The notes below the pieces were generated by a model. That model searched no databases, was not told where the DNA came from, and was given only the letters and a program-made list of their open reading frames with translations. A DNA stretch of 64,000 nt from positions 32,001-96,000 of IMG/VR virus record IMGVR_UViG_3300044729_003129; one strand, 5' to 3'. The translations under genes and the position numbers were made by a program. Shown here in pieces: positions 27,870-37,683 of the stretch. Every line of letters begins with the position of its first letter. Positions within the stretch are counted from its first letter, which is position 1. The stretch is from a virus.

Positions 27870-28304
27870 TCAGAGACGCTTTACTTTACGTGGTTTTTTG
27901 GCTTTAACTGGCGCTGGAGACTCAAACTCTTCAGCAATCTCTTGAGGAGATGCGATCCAACAAAAGACTTCTCCACCTTCGCTTGAAGAAGGAATCTCAT
28001 CATTTGCCTTTTCAACAACCTCTGGCACGACTTCAGCAGCAACTTTTTTTGCAGCACCTGGTTTACGACCACGCTTCTTTGGACCAGCCTTCATTGCTGC
28101 TGCAATAACCTCAGCGGGAGGCATTTGCGGCAAATAGCGACTATAACCAATCGACTTGTCTTTGCCAAGGAAGGTTTGGCCAATTTCACGACAAGTAAGA
28201 CCAAAGGTCTTACCGACTTCATAAACTTCCTTGGCAGTAAAGCCAGCGGAAGCATTGGGACGAGAATTAAACTCGTCAATCATTTCTTTTACACGCGTTA
28301 GCAT
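27870..28304 (-). CDS. Early putative DNA-binding protein
   Basis: KKRGRKPG AT-hook-like motif, K/A-rich; own early promoter. Confidence 0.55.
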   Translation of the reverse strand: MLTRVKEMIDEFNSRPNASAGFTAKEVYEVGKTFGLTCREIGQTFLGKDKSIGYSRYLPQMPPAEVIAAAMKAGPKKRGRKPGAAKKVAAEVVPEVVEKANDEIPSSSEGGEVFCWIASPQEIAEEFESPAPVKAKKPRKVKRL

Positions 28305-28412
28305 ATGTTTGTTTTGTTTTGTTGTTAGGAGACTATTATAACTTAAAATTTAGAAGATGTACACAACTTTTTACATTAAATTGCATTGAGAGCATATTGT
28401 CCAAGACTTCTT

Positions 28413-28589
28413 CTAGTATTGTTCGTTGTGTCGCTTGGTGATGTTAAGAAGATTATCACGAAGGTGCATACGATCAGCGCTATGCTTGTCGTAATCGATG
28501 AAGTTGATTGCGGCATGACCGAGCGTCATGAGCTCGTCAACAGTCTTCATCAGCTTCTCAATAGTTTGTTCGACGGTGTCTGTTTGCAT
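28413..28589 (-). CDS. Hypothetical protein (58 aa)
   Basis: Manual ORF MQTDTVEQTIEKLMK... Confidence 0.45.
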   Translation of the reverse strand: MQTDTVEQTIEKLMKTVDELMTLGHAAINFIDYDKHSADRMHLRDNLLNITKRHNEQY

Positions 28590-28623
28590 ATCTTATTGTA
28601 TTAGATTTCCATATGTTTATTGA

Positions 28624-28881
28624 TTAAGCTTCATCTTCGTCTTCTTCACCTTCAAAGGTAGGATCATTGTAGCGCATATCGTTGAGGACATTGATAATGT
28701 CTTCGCACATCTCTTTGAGGCTGTCGTATGCTTCTGCCTCTTGACGAGAGCTCAGAGCCTTGCGATAATCATCAGGCGATATTCCATCATCTTGAGCTTC
28801 TTGTAGATCGCGATAGACTTGATTCATAGCATGAACTGTATTTTCGAACATGCAATAACTCATATTAGGGTAGTTTGACAT
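28624..28881 (-). CDS. Conserved small early phage protein
   Basis: NMSYCMFENT motif. Confidence 0.6.
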   Translation of the reverse strand: MSNYPNMSYCMFENTVHAMNQVYRDLQEAQDDGISPDDYRKALSSRQEAEAYDSLKEMCEDIINVLNDMRYNDPTFEGEEDEDEA

Positions 28882-28924
28882 AGTGGTTTAGTTATTGGTT
28901 GATGTCTTATTGTATTGGTGTTCC

Positions 28925-29113
28925 TTACTTAGAGCCAATCTCGACAAACACCTTACCTTTAAGAGCAGGTACAACATTGATGTCGTCATCGATGTGCAGA
29001 TCGATCCATTCTGCACTAGTTTCCCAAAGACCTTCACTTACGCTAAGGCATTTAACGATAGCTTCTTGAGGAAGAGTTTGAAGATGGGTGATGAGTTGTG
29101 CTACGGTGGTCAT
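28925..29113 (-). CDS. Small early protein
   Basis: Start reassigned to MTTVAQLITHL downstream of the promoter. Confidence 0.6.
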   Translation of the reverse strand: MTTVAQLITHLQTLPQEAIVKCLSVSEGLWETSAEWIDLHIDDDINVVPALKGKVFVEIGSK

Positions 29114-29127
29114 GTTGTGGTTGGTTG

Positions 29128-29186
29128 TGCTTACATGGTTATTATAGCATAAAACCCACGGAAAGTACACAACTTTTTTCATAAAA
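29128..29186 (-). repeat. 59 bp early-promoter repeat, copy 1
   Basis: 58/59 identical to 40794-40852; contains GTGTAC and TGCTATAAT. Confidence 0.9.
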
Positions 29187-29260
29187 ATGCACTTTTTTTC
29201 ACTTTTTTAGGCCCTGGAACAGATTTTTGCCTAATTTTAGCCCTTGGGAGGCCTGGGACA

Positions 29261-29293
29261 GGGATAGTGTAGTACAAATGACCACACTATCCC
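29261..29293 (-). terminator. Stem-loop, probable terminator
   Basis: GGGATAGTGT...ACACTATCCC. Confidence 0.55.
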
Positions 29294-29317
29294 CAAACCT
29301 GTTTGCTGAGTGTATTT

Positions 29318-29731
29318 TTACTTCAGAATATAAACATCCATCCAGGCAGGAGTGGACTTTACAAGCTGAGTGTATGATGATCTTGGAACGTAGATATCAA
29401 AGACATATCCACGACCACGAGCAGCACTTTTGCGAGTAACGGCCGAACCACGGTCTTGGACGACGAAACTCCCATTTCCTACTTTTCCTTTCAAACCGGG
29501 AATGAATATTCTCGTTCCCATCTTGAAATCGGGGTGAGCAGCAACTGTCACACCGCTTTTTGCAGTTTTGGTTTTAGGACACGCGACCCTACTCCACCAC
29601 GGAGATTCGGGATAGTAGTATGTAATGCGTGCCTTTATTTTTGTAGCATTCTTAGGCGTTGCATATGTTGAATGCGCGTGACTAAGAAGCAATAATGAGG
29701 TTATAATTGTATAAACAAGTTTTTTCATCAT
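29318..29731 (-). CDS. Secreted 3D-domain (MltA-like cell-wall) protein
   Basis: Signal peptide; TVAAHP..GTRIFIPG..VQDRGSA..FDIY. Confidence 0.75.
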   Translation of the reverse strand: MMKKLVYTIITSLLLLSHAHSTYATPKNATKIKARITYYYPESPWWSRVACPKTKTAKSGVTVAAHPDFKMGTRIFIPGLKGKVGNGSFVVQDRGSAVTRKSAARGRGYVFDIYVPRSSYTQLVKSTPAWMDVYILK

Positions 29732-29825
29732 TATTTTGTTTCCTTTCTATCTTTAGTATTATTTGTCCTCAGCAAACAAGGAGAAGTAATACTCTCCTCA
29801 GTTTCATAATGTGCTTATGAAAGTT

Positions 29826-30425
29826 TTAACTACAAATTTTTTCGTGCCTTTTGCGAAGCTTGTCACTATAGTTATTTGGGTCTAAGTAAAAATCTAAAGA
29901 GTCTAGTTTTGTCGACGCTAACTCTCTCGATGACTTAGAATATGGTGATCGACTATTTTTAGTCCATGATCTTAATTTTTCAACAGTGTGATAAAAGAAT
30001 AGATAGCAGTTTGCACCGCGGGTGTAGGCATCAACATCAATATCAAGTTTATATTTTTTGATAGTTTGAAGTGCAATACACTCGCAATGCCATTCCAATT
30101 CTATTGCATCCTTTACTGCTTGTGAAACAACTTTCTTAGAATAGCGTTTACCGTCAAGCCAACTAAATAAGATATCGCATCCTTTTACCTTTGAGCTGAA
30201 AAATTTACGGTGATGCTTCCATTGTAAGTAATGAGAATATTCATGCACAAATATTTCAAATGCACAGTCGCGTTTCATTGCGACTACAAATTCTTTTTGA
30301 TTTTTACTATCATCAAACCACCCGCCATACTTTCCGTCTATGGCTTTTGTCATAATAAGCTTTAGTGAAAAGCCGTCATCAAGCAATTCATTTACTGCTT
30401 TTGCTATAAAGGTATTTTTTTCCAT
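29826..30425 (-). CDS. HExxH metallopeptidase-like protein
   Basis: FVHEYSHYLQ...ELEWHCE. Confidence 0.55.
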   Translation of the reverse strand: MEKNTFIAKAVNELLDDGFSLKLIMTKAIDGKYGGWFDDSKNQKEFVVAMKRDCAFEIFVHEYSHYLQWKHHRKFFSSKVKGCDILFSWLDGKRYSKKVVSQAVKDAIELEWHCECIALQTIKKYKLDIDVDAYTRGANCYLFFYHTVEKLRSWTKNSRSPYSKSSRELASTKLDSLDFYLDPNNYSDKLRKRHEKICS

Positions 30426-30429
30426 GGCG

Positions 30430-31158
30430 TTAAATTTCTTCGTCTACTGGTTTATAACCTTCTTTCTGCGCTTCTTCATCACACAATGTAGCATACCACG
30501 ATCCACGCTTGCATAGTTGTCCACGCTTTCCTGTATCTTGACAAGTGAGTGAAGAAAGATGTTCGGCATAACGAACCATACCTTTTACAACATCATTGCC
30601 ACCATCATAATAAACACGTAGAGTGCCAAACTTTTCTTTGTATTGAGCTATCGTTACAGAAGGTGGAGAGACTCCAATATAAAGATCTAGACGATTAAAA
30701 AGAATTTTATCAATCGTACTTACAATATTACGAATACGTGCAGCAAAAGTTTTGTTAATTTTCTCTCTCTCTTCATTGCTTGGAGAAGCAAACTTTGCAC
30801 CTTTAGGCAGTCGCTTTTCAAAATCTCTATATGGATTGAACTTTCTATAAATTGGATCTCTTACATATTTCCAATATAGTTGACGAAACTTTAGACGAAG
30901 CCTTTGCTTAGGGTTAATTTCAGTATGCTTATGATTAGACACATAGTCATCAATACAACCAAACAATGAATCTACAATATCTCTCCAACCATCTGGACAG
31001 TCATTCCAGCAACGTTGACTTTGTGGAAGTAGATGACCATCTTCATCTCGTGGAAAAAGCTTTGGATATTTGCCAAACAAATATGCTTCAAAATTGTCGT
31101 CTTCTTCTATAGCTTCCATAATTTTATCGTTTAATTCTTCTACTGATTTATATTTCAT
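30430..31158 (-). CDS. Conserved phage hypothetical protein
   Basis: DGW..I, QYKEKFGTLRVY, TC..G...WYATLC. Confidence 0.65.
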   Translation of the reverse strand: MKYKSVEELNDKIMEAIEEDDNFEAYLFGKYPKLFPRDEDGHLLPQSQRCWNDCPDGWRDIVDSLFGCIDDYVSNHKHTEINPKQRLRLKFRQLYWKYVRDPIYRKFNPYRDFEKRLPKGAKFASPSNEEREKINKTFAARIRNIVSTIDKILFNRLDLYIGVSPPSVTIAQYKEKFGTLRVYYDGGNDVVKGMVRYAEHLSSLTCQDTGKRGQLCKRGSWYATLCDEEAQKEGYKPVDEEI

Positions 31159-31739
31159 AACTTATGAGTTTCACACGGTCCATCATTACTTCCGTGACTT
31201 GCCAAAGCGTCACACTCTGGACAACTTTGACTGTCTGTCGTTTGTTTTTCTTTTACGGCGGAGAGGGCTTCGCTGGCTAACATGTCAGCTTCGGCACTCA
31301 CACGACCATCTAACCTATAATCTGCCATTACAATCCGCAAAGCCTCCGCCAGCCTGTCGCGTTGCCCTAAAACAGTGTGATAAAGATCAGTGTTTTTTCT
31401 CCATCGTTCAGCTTCAGCAATCCAAAGGTCGCGCTCGCGTTTAACTCGCGCAAAAACTTCCCACGGCGGTTCTAATTTACCATCCGCACGATCCTTTGCT
31501 GGAATTGGATCGCATTCTAAAGCTACAGAAACTACCTTTGCATACATACTCTCTAGTGTTTCTGTTTTTAATTCTTCAAGAGACGATTCATAAACAGGAG
31601 TCGCTCCAAAAACCTTTAAGCATAGTTGCTCAATCGCTTCTGTTTTGGATTTAAAACGAATGCCATAGTTGTTGTCTGCAAAGTAGTTTTTCATGTCCAC
31701 ATTTTTTGATAGTGTTTGACGATAGTCTTCATAGCCCAC
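31155..31739 (-). CDS. Hypothetical protein
   Basis: ORF; C-terminal CPEC...C..H. Confidence 0.5.
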   Translation of the reverse strand: MGYEDYRQTLSKNVDMKNYFADNNYGIRFKSKTEAIEQLCLKVFGATPVYESSLEELKTETLESMYAKVVSVALECDPIPAKDRADGKLEPPWEVFARVKRERDLWIAEAERWRKNTDLYHTVLGQRDRLAEALRIVMADYRLDGRVSAEADMLASEALSAVKEKQTTDSQSCPECDALASHGSNDGPCETHKL

Positions 31740-32281
31740 ATATCTTTTTCTTCAATTAGCGCTTCAAGACGATGAACCTCAGCATATGCTTCTTTATATG
31801 ACATACCGTAAAGCTCTTCACAGCTTCTCATTGTACAATTGCCATCTTCCTCTTTAATGAAAAGATCATTGATTGCTTTTGAACTTGGTGTTGGATAAGA
31901 ATTCTCATGTTGTTTTTCAAGTTCGGGACGTTCAGTTTTAATATAATTATAAACTTCACGAAGTTCATTATCAGTGTTTTTAACACTATCAACATACTCT
32001 TGCGAGATATATCCTTTTTCAAGATCTTCAGTCCAATCAGTGTGATCTTGAAGACCTTTTTCGTCTTCTACATAGTGTGTGAGACAAGTAAAAAGCAAAT
32101 GAGGAATAAGAGCAGTCTTGTCACACCATGTGTTAGGAATAGTTTTTGTCAACCACTTTTGGCGTGGATTAAACCATGCTTTGATTTGGTATTTGATATC
32201 ACTCCAATAAAAGCTGTTAAACAGCAGCGAAGGATGTTTAAAAACTCTCCAAGGATTGGGACTGTATGTATCAATAATCAT
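31691..32281 (-). CDS. Conserved phage hypothetical protein
   Basis: PRQKWLTK.IP..WCDK, YVE.E; promoter -10 at 32288-32293. Confidence 0.6.
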   Translation of the reverse strand: MIIDTYSPNPWRVFKHPSLLFNSFYWSDIKYQIKAWFNPRQKWLTKTIPNTWCDKTALIPHLLFTCLTHYVEDEKGLQDHTDWTEDLEKGYISQEYVDSVKNTDNELREVYNYIKTERPELEKQHENSYPTPSSKAINDLFIKEEDGNCTMRSCEELYGMSYKEAYAEVHRLEALIEEKDMWAMKTIVKHYQKMWT

Positions 32282-32324
32282 AGCCTAATTATACACTAAA
32301 ACTCGAAAAATGTACACAAGTTTT

Positions 32325-32633
32325 TTAATTCCATTTGCGGTGTTTCTCAGCAACCCACTCAACTCCATCATATTCAGCAATTTCCCACTCAACATCATCT
32401 GGAATTTCGACAATTTTTAACTCAGAGAATTTTCCCCATGACTCATGTTCTAATTCTTCAATAACTGCTACTAAATTTTCGTCATTTCTAGGTATTGCCC
32501 AAGCATACAATGGAAAGTCAGATGTCATTTCAACTTTTTCCTTATATAGCGCCAAGCCCATTTCAGAAAGGTCAAATCCTCCGTGGCACACATTAATTGC
32601 AATCTTCATATGTTTTAAAATTCTTGTTTCCAA
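32325..32633 (-). CDS. Conserved phage hypothetical protein
   Basis: IN.CHGGF.LS, R.D..LV, VEIPDDV.W.I.EYDG.E.V.E.HR.W. Confidence 0.7.
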   Translation of the reverse strand: METRILKHMKIAINVCHGGFDLSEMGLALYKEKVEMTSDFPLYAWAIPRNDENLVAVIEELEHESWGKFSELKIVEIPDDVEWEIAEYDGVEWVAEKHRKWN

Positions 32634-32899
32634 TTATTTTGTTTAAAAGATCGGTATGTAATATTTTCATCTATGCTACAATCGTCGTTATCAGCGTCAT
32701 AACACGATTCGTCATAATCTCTATCAAACAATTCTTTTATCGTATCTTCTGCAAATGTCTGATGAATAAGAATAGTCTTGAATGTCTCAATCCATTCTTC
32801 TATCGTAGCATGTGGATGCATCGTAAGTTGAAGAGTCTTGTCTGGAGACAGACCACCTTCAACACTAATCTTAATAGGCTCTTGTTTATCGTAGTTCAT
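32615..32899 (-). CDS. Hypothetical protein
   Basis: ORF in operon. Confidence 0.5.
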   Translation of the reverse strand: MNYDKQEPIKISVEGGLSPDKTLQLTMHPHATIEEWIETFKTILIHQTFAEDTIKELFDRDYDESCYDADNDDCSIDENITYRSFKQNNWKQEF

Positions 32900-32903
32900 A
32901 GTA

Positions 32904-33161
32904 TTATATATTGTTTATAGTTTGATCTGGATTTTGTATAAGAAACAAATAGTCTGCAAGATCTGCAATCTGTTGGTCATTCAAGATGATCATATCAGTG
33001 TATGGTCGTCCACACAGCGTTCGCCAAGCAAGACGTATTCTATTCCACCATGATCGTGAAACACAACGTTCAAACATTGCAAACTCTAAACCCCAATCTG
33101 GATCATACTCCATATAGAGCACACCACAATGGCATTCACATCTAAAATATTTACCTTCCAT
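32904..33161 (-). CDS. Hypothetical protein
   Basis: CEC..., WWNRIRLAW. Confidence 0.55.
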   Translation of the reverse strand: MEGKYFRCECHCGVLYMEYDPDWGLEFAMFERCVSRSWWNRIRLAWRTLCGRPYTDMIILNDQQIADLADYLFLIQNPDQTINNI

Positions 33162-33164
33162 AAT

Positions 33165-33335
33165 TTAAGATTTAAGTGCGATTATAATTGCAGCAATAAT
33201 AAATGCTATCACCCAAATTATAATTTTATTTTGTTTGGCGTCAGCATCCAAATTTTTTAATTTCTGCTCTAAATTTTCTAATTTGTTTAGCGCACGATCT
33301 GATGCCTCTTCAATTTTTTCTAGTTTTATTTTCAT
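33165..33335 (-). CDS. Small coiled-coil protein with C-terminal TM helix
   Basis: Manual ORF MKIKLEKIEE...IIIWVIAFIIAAIIIALKS. Confidence 0.5.
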   Translation of the reverse strand: MKIKLEKIEEASDRALNKLENLEQKLKNLDADAKQNKIIIWVIAFIIAAIIIALKS

Positions 33336-33336
33336 A

Positions 33337-33639
33337 TTAATATTCTTCTTTCCAAGTATCGTGTAGATTATGCCTTAGCATACGATGAGATGCAAGCAAA
33401 AAGTTAATTGGGTCTTGAACGCCAATGTCTCCATTGTTACATTCATCAACAATATATGCTGTTACCGCTTCTTCTAGTGCAAAGAGACGATGCGCTTCAT
33501 TAACATAACGAGTAATTTTATCTGGCAATGCTGAATAAGACAGATCTTCACCCGCGATTGGAATACGCTCGTAAATATCAAACAGCAATTGTCGTACTTC
33601 TGCTTCAGTCAACTCAGATACAAATTGAATCTCTTTCAT
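33337..33639 (-). CDS. Hypothetical protein
   Basis: ORF in operon. Confidence 0.5.
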   Translation of the reverse strand: MKEIQFVSELTEAEVRQLLFDIYERIPIAGEDLSYSALPDKITRYVNEAHRLFALEEAVTAYIVDECNNGDIGVQDPINFLLASHRMLRHNLHDTWKEEY

Positions 33640-33643
33640 AATA

Positions 33644-33934
33644 TCATTTATATTTTGACCAACAAATTAGTACTATAGACTGAAGTATAATACCACTTAT
33701 ACCGTTAATTAACAACCACACTCCGTATGGACCAGTTAGTGTGTATATGAGTCCAGAGACAGCACATAGCAATCCAATACAAATACTATGAGGTGAAAGA
33801 TCTGATGCATGTTTTGTTTTAAACACTTTAAAAATTTGTGGTAAAGCTGCAGTCATACAGCAAATTGACATAATTGCTCCAGAACATTCTCTAACAAATT
33901 CAATTGTAGTTTTCATCTCTAAACAGTCTATCAA
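33644..33934 (-). CDS. PQ-loop/SemiSWEET-like membrane protein
   Basis: LPQIFKVFKTK.ASDLS, three hydrophobic helices, conserved N in helix 3. Confidence 0.7.
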   Translation of the reverse strand: MIDCLEMKTTIEFVRECSGAIMSICCMTAALPQIFKVFKTKHASDLSPHSICIGLLCAVSGLIYTLTGPYGVWLLINGISGIILQSIVLICWSKYK

Positions 33935-34094
33935 TCTTTTCTAAGTTATCAACTATAGAATCTTGTGACAGCGTAATATTTCGTGCAATATACATGCGAT
34001 TGCAAATGTCTTTGAGAATCATAAGTTGAGTCAAAGAATCATATTTGTCGATTCTTTTTAAATCTTTTTTATCGGGTACAGTTGTCATAATCAT
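33900..34094 (-). CDS. Hypothetical protein
   Basis: ORF in operon. Confidence 0.45.
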   Translation of the reverse strand: MIMTTVPDKKDLKRIDKYDSLTQLMILKDICNRMYIARNITLSQDSIVDNLEKIDRLFRDENYN

Positions 34095-34411
34095 ATTTTA
34101 TCAGAGTTCCATTTCTCAATTGTTTTTAGAAATGCTTCGGCGCGTTGACGAGCGGTTGCCATATACATAGAGTTGTTCCCTTTAATTGTTAGATCGCAAA
34201 GCTCGTTAATATATCGACAATACAGTGCGGTATCAAATACCTTCTCCGCTTCGTGCATTGCGTTTAGGCAGTTGCAGTAGTCGGGGAGGTGATAAGCATC
34301 ACGGTCTTCTTGTGGCTGTGTTCCCATCCATTTACCGTGGATAGAATTGTAGCAAATAGAGGTCCACCCACACGCTTCTGCAATTGCTATGTTGATTTGT
34401 TCGTCTGTCAT
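34091..34411 (-). CDS. Conserved phage hypothetical protein
   Basis: IN.AIAE.CGW, PDYC..LNAMHEAE, ATARQRAEAFL. Confidence 0.65.
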   Translation of the reverse strand: MTDEQINIAIAEACGWTSICYNSIHGKWMGTQPQEDRDAYHLPDYCNCLNAMHEAEKVFDTALYCRYINELCDLTIKGNNSMYMATARQRAEAFLKTIEKWNSDKI

Positions 34412-34591
34412 AATTATATTTTATTGTTTTTTCCAAACCCAACGCTTTGGTTTCTTTGATTCCAAATACGCTTCATACGCTTCACGATCTCTGTCAGCTT
34501 GGCAACCTTGTGGTCCTCTGCAAGCACTTCTCAAAGCTCCGTATTTTAAACACGAGCATTCATAAGTGACTTTAGGTTTTTTATTCATATT

Positions 34592-34846
34592 CTACTTTTG
34601 TTCCTTTTCGCTTAATTGAAATGAAATAATATCACCAATATGATAATCAACCATCTCTCTTCTTTCTTTGCGTGGATGAGATATAAATCCGTCACCAAAA
34701 CACCAGTATTCCACTCCTTCTATACAGGTTCCATCATGCAACTCAATATCATAAAGTTTCTCATCTTGATAATCAATAGGAGTACTACCTGCGTAATGTT
34801 TGTATTTTATATTCATAATTTTACCAGTGTCGTATTGTATTTGCAA
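34592..34846 (-). CDS. Hypothetical protein
   Basis: ORF. Confidence 0.45.
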   Translation of the reverse strand: MQIQYDTGKIMNIKYKHYAGSTPIDYQDEKLYDIELHDGTCIEGVEYWCFGDGFISHPRKERREMVDYHIGDIISFQLSEKEQK

Positions 34847-34977
34847 TAATAAAAAAGCAAGTGATCAAATTCACAATCCAAAAAATTGTTCTTACTATTG
34901 CAGCGACATCAGACTCACGATCATCGTCGCTAATCTTTGATCCCATTGCTTTAGCCCATATTCTCCAAAGCTTCATA

Positions 34978-35175
34978 TCAGCAAAGATTTCTCAATCCGT
35001 CTTGTTTAATTTGTTTTAATTCTTGCAACAGTTGCTGTGCTTTTTTTTCTAGTGCTTCACGACAATAGTTGTATGTACCATCTGGTCGTTTGCCATTTGA
35101 CACAAGCTCGACAAAACTCCGCAATTTCTCATACTCGATGAGAGAATAAATTTCAGTTGGACTTAGCGGTTGCAT
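34978..35175 (-). CDS. Hypothetical protein
   Basis: KRPDGTYNYCREA; TATAAT 6 nt upstream. Confidence 0.55.
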   Translation of the reverse strand: MQPLSPTEIYSLIEYEKLRSFVELVSNGKRPDGTYNYCREALEKKAQQLLQELKQIKQDGLRNLC

Positions 35176-35213
35176 AAGCTCATTATACCACAGTTCCTTC
35201 GGTTTGTAAACAA

Positions 35214-35882
35214 CTAAATGTATTTTAATTTAAATTTTCCATCAGGATAAATCTCGACATAAGAACAGCGATGCTCGCAAAATGAGCCAGAATTTATATA
35301 GGTGCAAGAATCAATCTTTCTTATTTCTGCATAGTGGGTGTGTCCAGCAAGAAGTACATCATGTTTTTTGCCATGTTTCTCGACAAATTTCTTACAAACA
35401 ATATCTTTTGCTTCAATCCACGATTTACTCAATCGCTTCAAAAATCTTGAAGTTTTATGAGTCCTATCAAACTTTTGTATCCAATAATATAAACCAGTAA
35501 AAAACCAAGTTAAAAATGGTCGGTGCTTTATCCAATGATCATATTTGTCACCGTGCTCAAAGAAAAATCTTTTGTTGTTGATTGTGGTTGTATAGTTTTC
35601 TAGCAATTCCATGCCAGTAATCGCACTTAAAAATTCTGCATTGCTGTCATGATTACCCTTAACTAAAATAACATTATGTGTTTTTGAAAGTTTACGAATC
35701 TTTCCAAGAATTTTCCAGTCACGCTTGTCATAGCGTTTGAAAGAATAGTTATCGAATAGGTCGCCATTGATTAGTAGTGTGTTAAAATCAAGCGAAAGAA
35801 CTTCTAATACCTTTTCTTTTTGGCTTACTGAAGTTCCAAGATGAATATCGCTAACTACTAAAATTTCAATCATAACTCCCAA
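35214..35882 (-). CDS. Calcineurin-like metallophosphoesterase (LpxH-like)
   Basis: SDIHLG, NGDLFD, GNHD, EHGD, GHTH, YINSG. Confidence 0.85.
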   Translation of the reverse strand: MGVMIEILVVSDIHLGTSVSQKEKVLEVLSLDFNTLLINGDLFDNYSFKRYDKRDWKILGKIRKLSKTHNVILVKGNHDSNAEFLSAITGMELLENYTTTINNKRFFFEHGDKYDHWIKHRPFLTWFFTGLYYWIQKFDRTHKTSRFLKRLSKSWIEAKDIVCKKFVEKHGKKHDVLLAGHTHYAEIRKIDSCTYINSGSFCEHRCSYVEIYPDGKFKLKYI

Positions 35883-36169
35883 GTTTGCGTACTTACAGTA
35901 TCACCGCATTGATCGCAGGACTCGTCGTCATAGTGCCAACTGTCAGGTTGAAAGCATTTGATTAAATCGTCGAGTTGTACCGTGCATTGTTTGCGTTCTT
36001 CTTTGAATCGCTCGCAAAGATAATCAATAAGCTCATCAATTTCTTTTTCCGTAAAGTCGTATCGTGGATCTTCTCCACCGACAAATTTACCATTGATTTC
36101 TGTATAGAATGCCGTGCATCCTTCGCTAATTGTAATTTTATATTTCATTTGTTTATCCTGCGTCATATA
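35870..36169 (-). CDS. Hypothetical protein with C-terminal CxxC
   Basis: ORF; start uncertain. Confidence 0.5.
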   Translation of the reverse strand, partial: YMTQDKQMKYKITISEGCTAFYTEINGKFVGGEDPRYDFTEKEIDELIDYLCERFKEERKQCTVQLDDLIKCFQPDSWHYDDESCDQCGDTVSTQTWEL

Positions 36170-36392
36170 GTCTATTTCCTTTGTCATCTGATTTTGGTTT
36201 GACAACTGCAGCGTCGATAGAAAAATTAAATTTTGGTCTAAAGTCTCCGTCACCGTCTGAATAGATGCCTACCTCTCTGGAACCACCCAAACCTCCAAGT
36301 TGTTCCATATATTTTAGCATACTCATAAAATGTGGAACCCAACGTTCTCTCATTTTACATTCAATTGTAAATGTTATTTCTTCACTGCTCAT
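36153..36392 (-). CDS. Conserved phage hypothetical protein
   Basis: GGSR...DGDGDFRPKF...YDAG. Confidence 0.6.
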   Translation of the reverse strand: MSSEEITFTIECKMRERWVPHFMSMLKYMEQLGGLGGSREVGIYSDGDGDFRPKFNFSIDAAVVKPKSDDKGNRLYDAG

Positions 36393-36726
36393 TTTTTAAT
36401 AGTTCTGGATTCTCAAAGATATTTCCAACAACTTCAGGATATAATTTATCCGTGTACGTCCATTCTTGTAGGTTTGATCCAAAAGCAGATATTTTGATTT
36501 CACTGACAATTTGCGTTTCTCCTGCAGGTCCAAGGTCGATCCAATGCTTTACAATATCTCCCTCATAAATCTCAACTCCATTTTTATCTTTGAGTCCAGT
36601 GTATTGTTGAACTGGATAGCTATGTTGATACAAATATCTGTCCGAATAATCAAAATTTCCTAATTCAAAATAGGAAAACTTTTCATGATCTGGAATATAA
36701 ACTCTAAATTTAAGCTCTCTACTCAT
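36382..36726 (-). CDS. YopX-family protein
   Basis: RELKFR, QYTGLKDKNGVEIYEGDIV, VVGNIFENPELL. Confidence 0.88.
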   Translation of the reverse strand: MSRELKFRVYIPDHEKFSYFELGNFDYSDRYLYQHSYPVQQYTGLKDKNGVEIYEGDIVKHWIDLGPAGETQIVSEIKISAFGSNLQEWTYTDKLYPEVVGNIFENPELLKNEQ

Positions 36727-37247
36727 AGTCTCGCTTCAATCCACTTTTTAATTCCTTCAAAGAAATTATCTTCACTCAAATTGTTGCCATAATATTCTGG
36801 AGTCTGATAATAGTTTTTAGTGACAATACCCATCATGCTCATTTTTGAATCATTATAGCGAGGCGGCAAATTATCAATCAATACATTATCTGCATCAGCG
36901 ATAGGCAATGGAGTTGCACCTTCGCCGCCCCAACCCCATGTCACTCTATGTTGTTGAATGTCTTCACGAGAGAAGATATGATCATTATCCAAACCAAACT
37001 CACCAAGTCGATTTAATTCGTGAGCATAGTCACGAGTGGCGCTTGTAAGAATATAAACGTTTTCTTTGCCTACAATGCTATTGTAATATTCGAAAAGTTC
37101 TTTTGCGCATGGGCGAATGATGCTGCGATAGGTGTGCATATCTTCACTGAGCATAAACTCAACATACTTCTCACCTTCATAGGGCAGTGTGTTTACGAAT
37201 GTATGCAAGATGCATTCGTCTAGGTCTTGGAATATTCTCTTAATCAT
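36723..37247 (-). CDS. HAD/FCP1(NIF)-like phosphatase
   Basis: DLDECILHT, IRP, TSATRDYA, LIDN. Confidence 0.75.
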   Translation of the reverse strand: MIKRIFQDLDECILHTFVNTLPYEGEKYVEFMLSEDMHTYRSIIRPCAKELFEYYNSIVGKENVYILTSATRDYAHELNRLGEFGLDNDHIFSREDIQQHRVTWGWGGEGATPLPIADADNVLIDNLPPRYNDSKMSMMGIVTKNYYQTPEYYGNNLSEDNFFEGIKKWIEARL

Positions 37248-37248
37248 T

Positions 37249-37683
37249 TTAACAAATTTCTTTTAATGTGTTTTTAATTTCTTGTACTCCCCATTGATTT
37301 GCACTGTGTATATAAACGTGGGGAATATGAGGTGGTTGTAGTTCTTTATACTTTTGTACAAAATATTCTGCACAGTGTTTTCCAGTTTTTACTTTTAAAT
37401 TACCATACTCAATAACTCCAGTGCTTTCAGTTACTTTATAATAGTGACGTATATGTTCTTCATCCAGATCATGATCAAAACTTACTGCATTAGGAATACC
37501 CTTTTCTTCGATTGTTTGTACAAAATCTTCATAGGTACGAACAACAACCCAGTTGTCGTTAGGCACACCAGACATATTTTCTAAACTATGCGACGTTATA
37601 ACGATGCTATTACCATCGCGCTTAGGATGGATATATGCATGCTCTGGTTTGCGCATGTCATCTAGAAAAAGGTTATAGCTCAT
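37249..37683 (-). CDS. Cyclic-phosphate-processing receiver-domain protein
   Basis: LFLDDMR.P, SFDHDL, TG, IHSAN..G. Confidence 0.75.
   Translation of the reverse strand: MSYNLFLDDMRKPEHAYIHPKRDGNSIVITSHSLENMSGVPNDNWVVVRTYEDFVQTIEEKGIPNAVSFDHDLDEEHIRHYYKVTESTGVIEYGNLKVKTGKHCAEYFVQKYKELQPPHIPHVYIHSANQWGVQEIKNTLKEIC

Noticed and set aside
29114-29182. Shared peptide MKKVVYF.WVLCYNNHVS in ORFs 28925-29182 and 40585-40899 as a protein family
   Set aside because: It is the translation of the duplicated promoter; the real starts lie downstream
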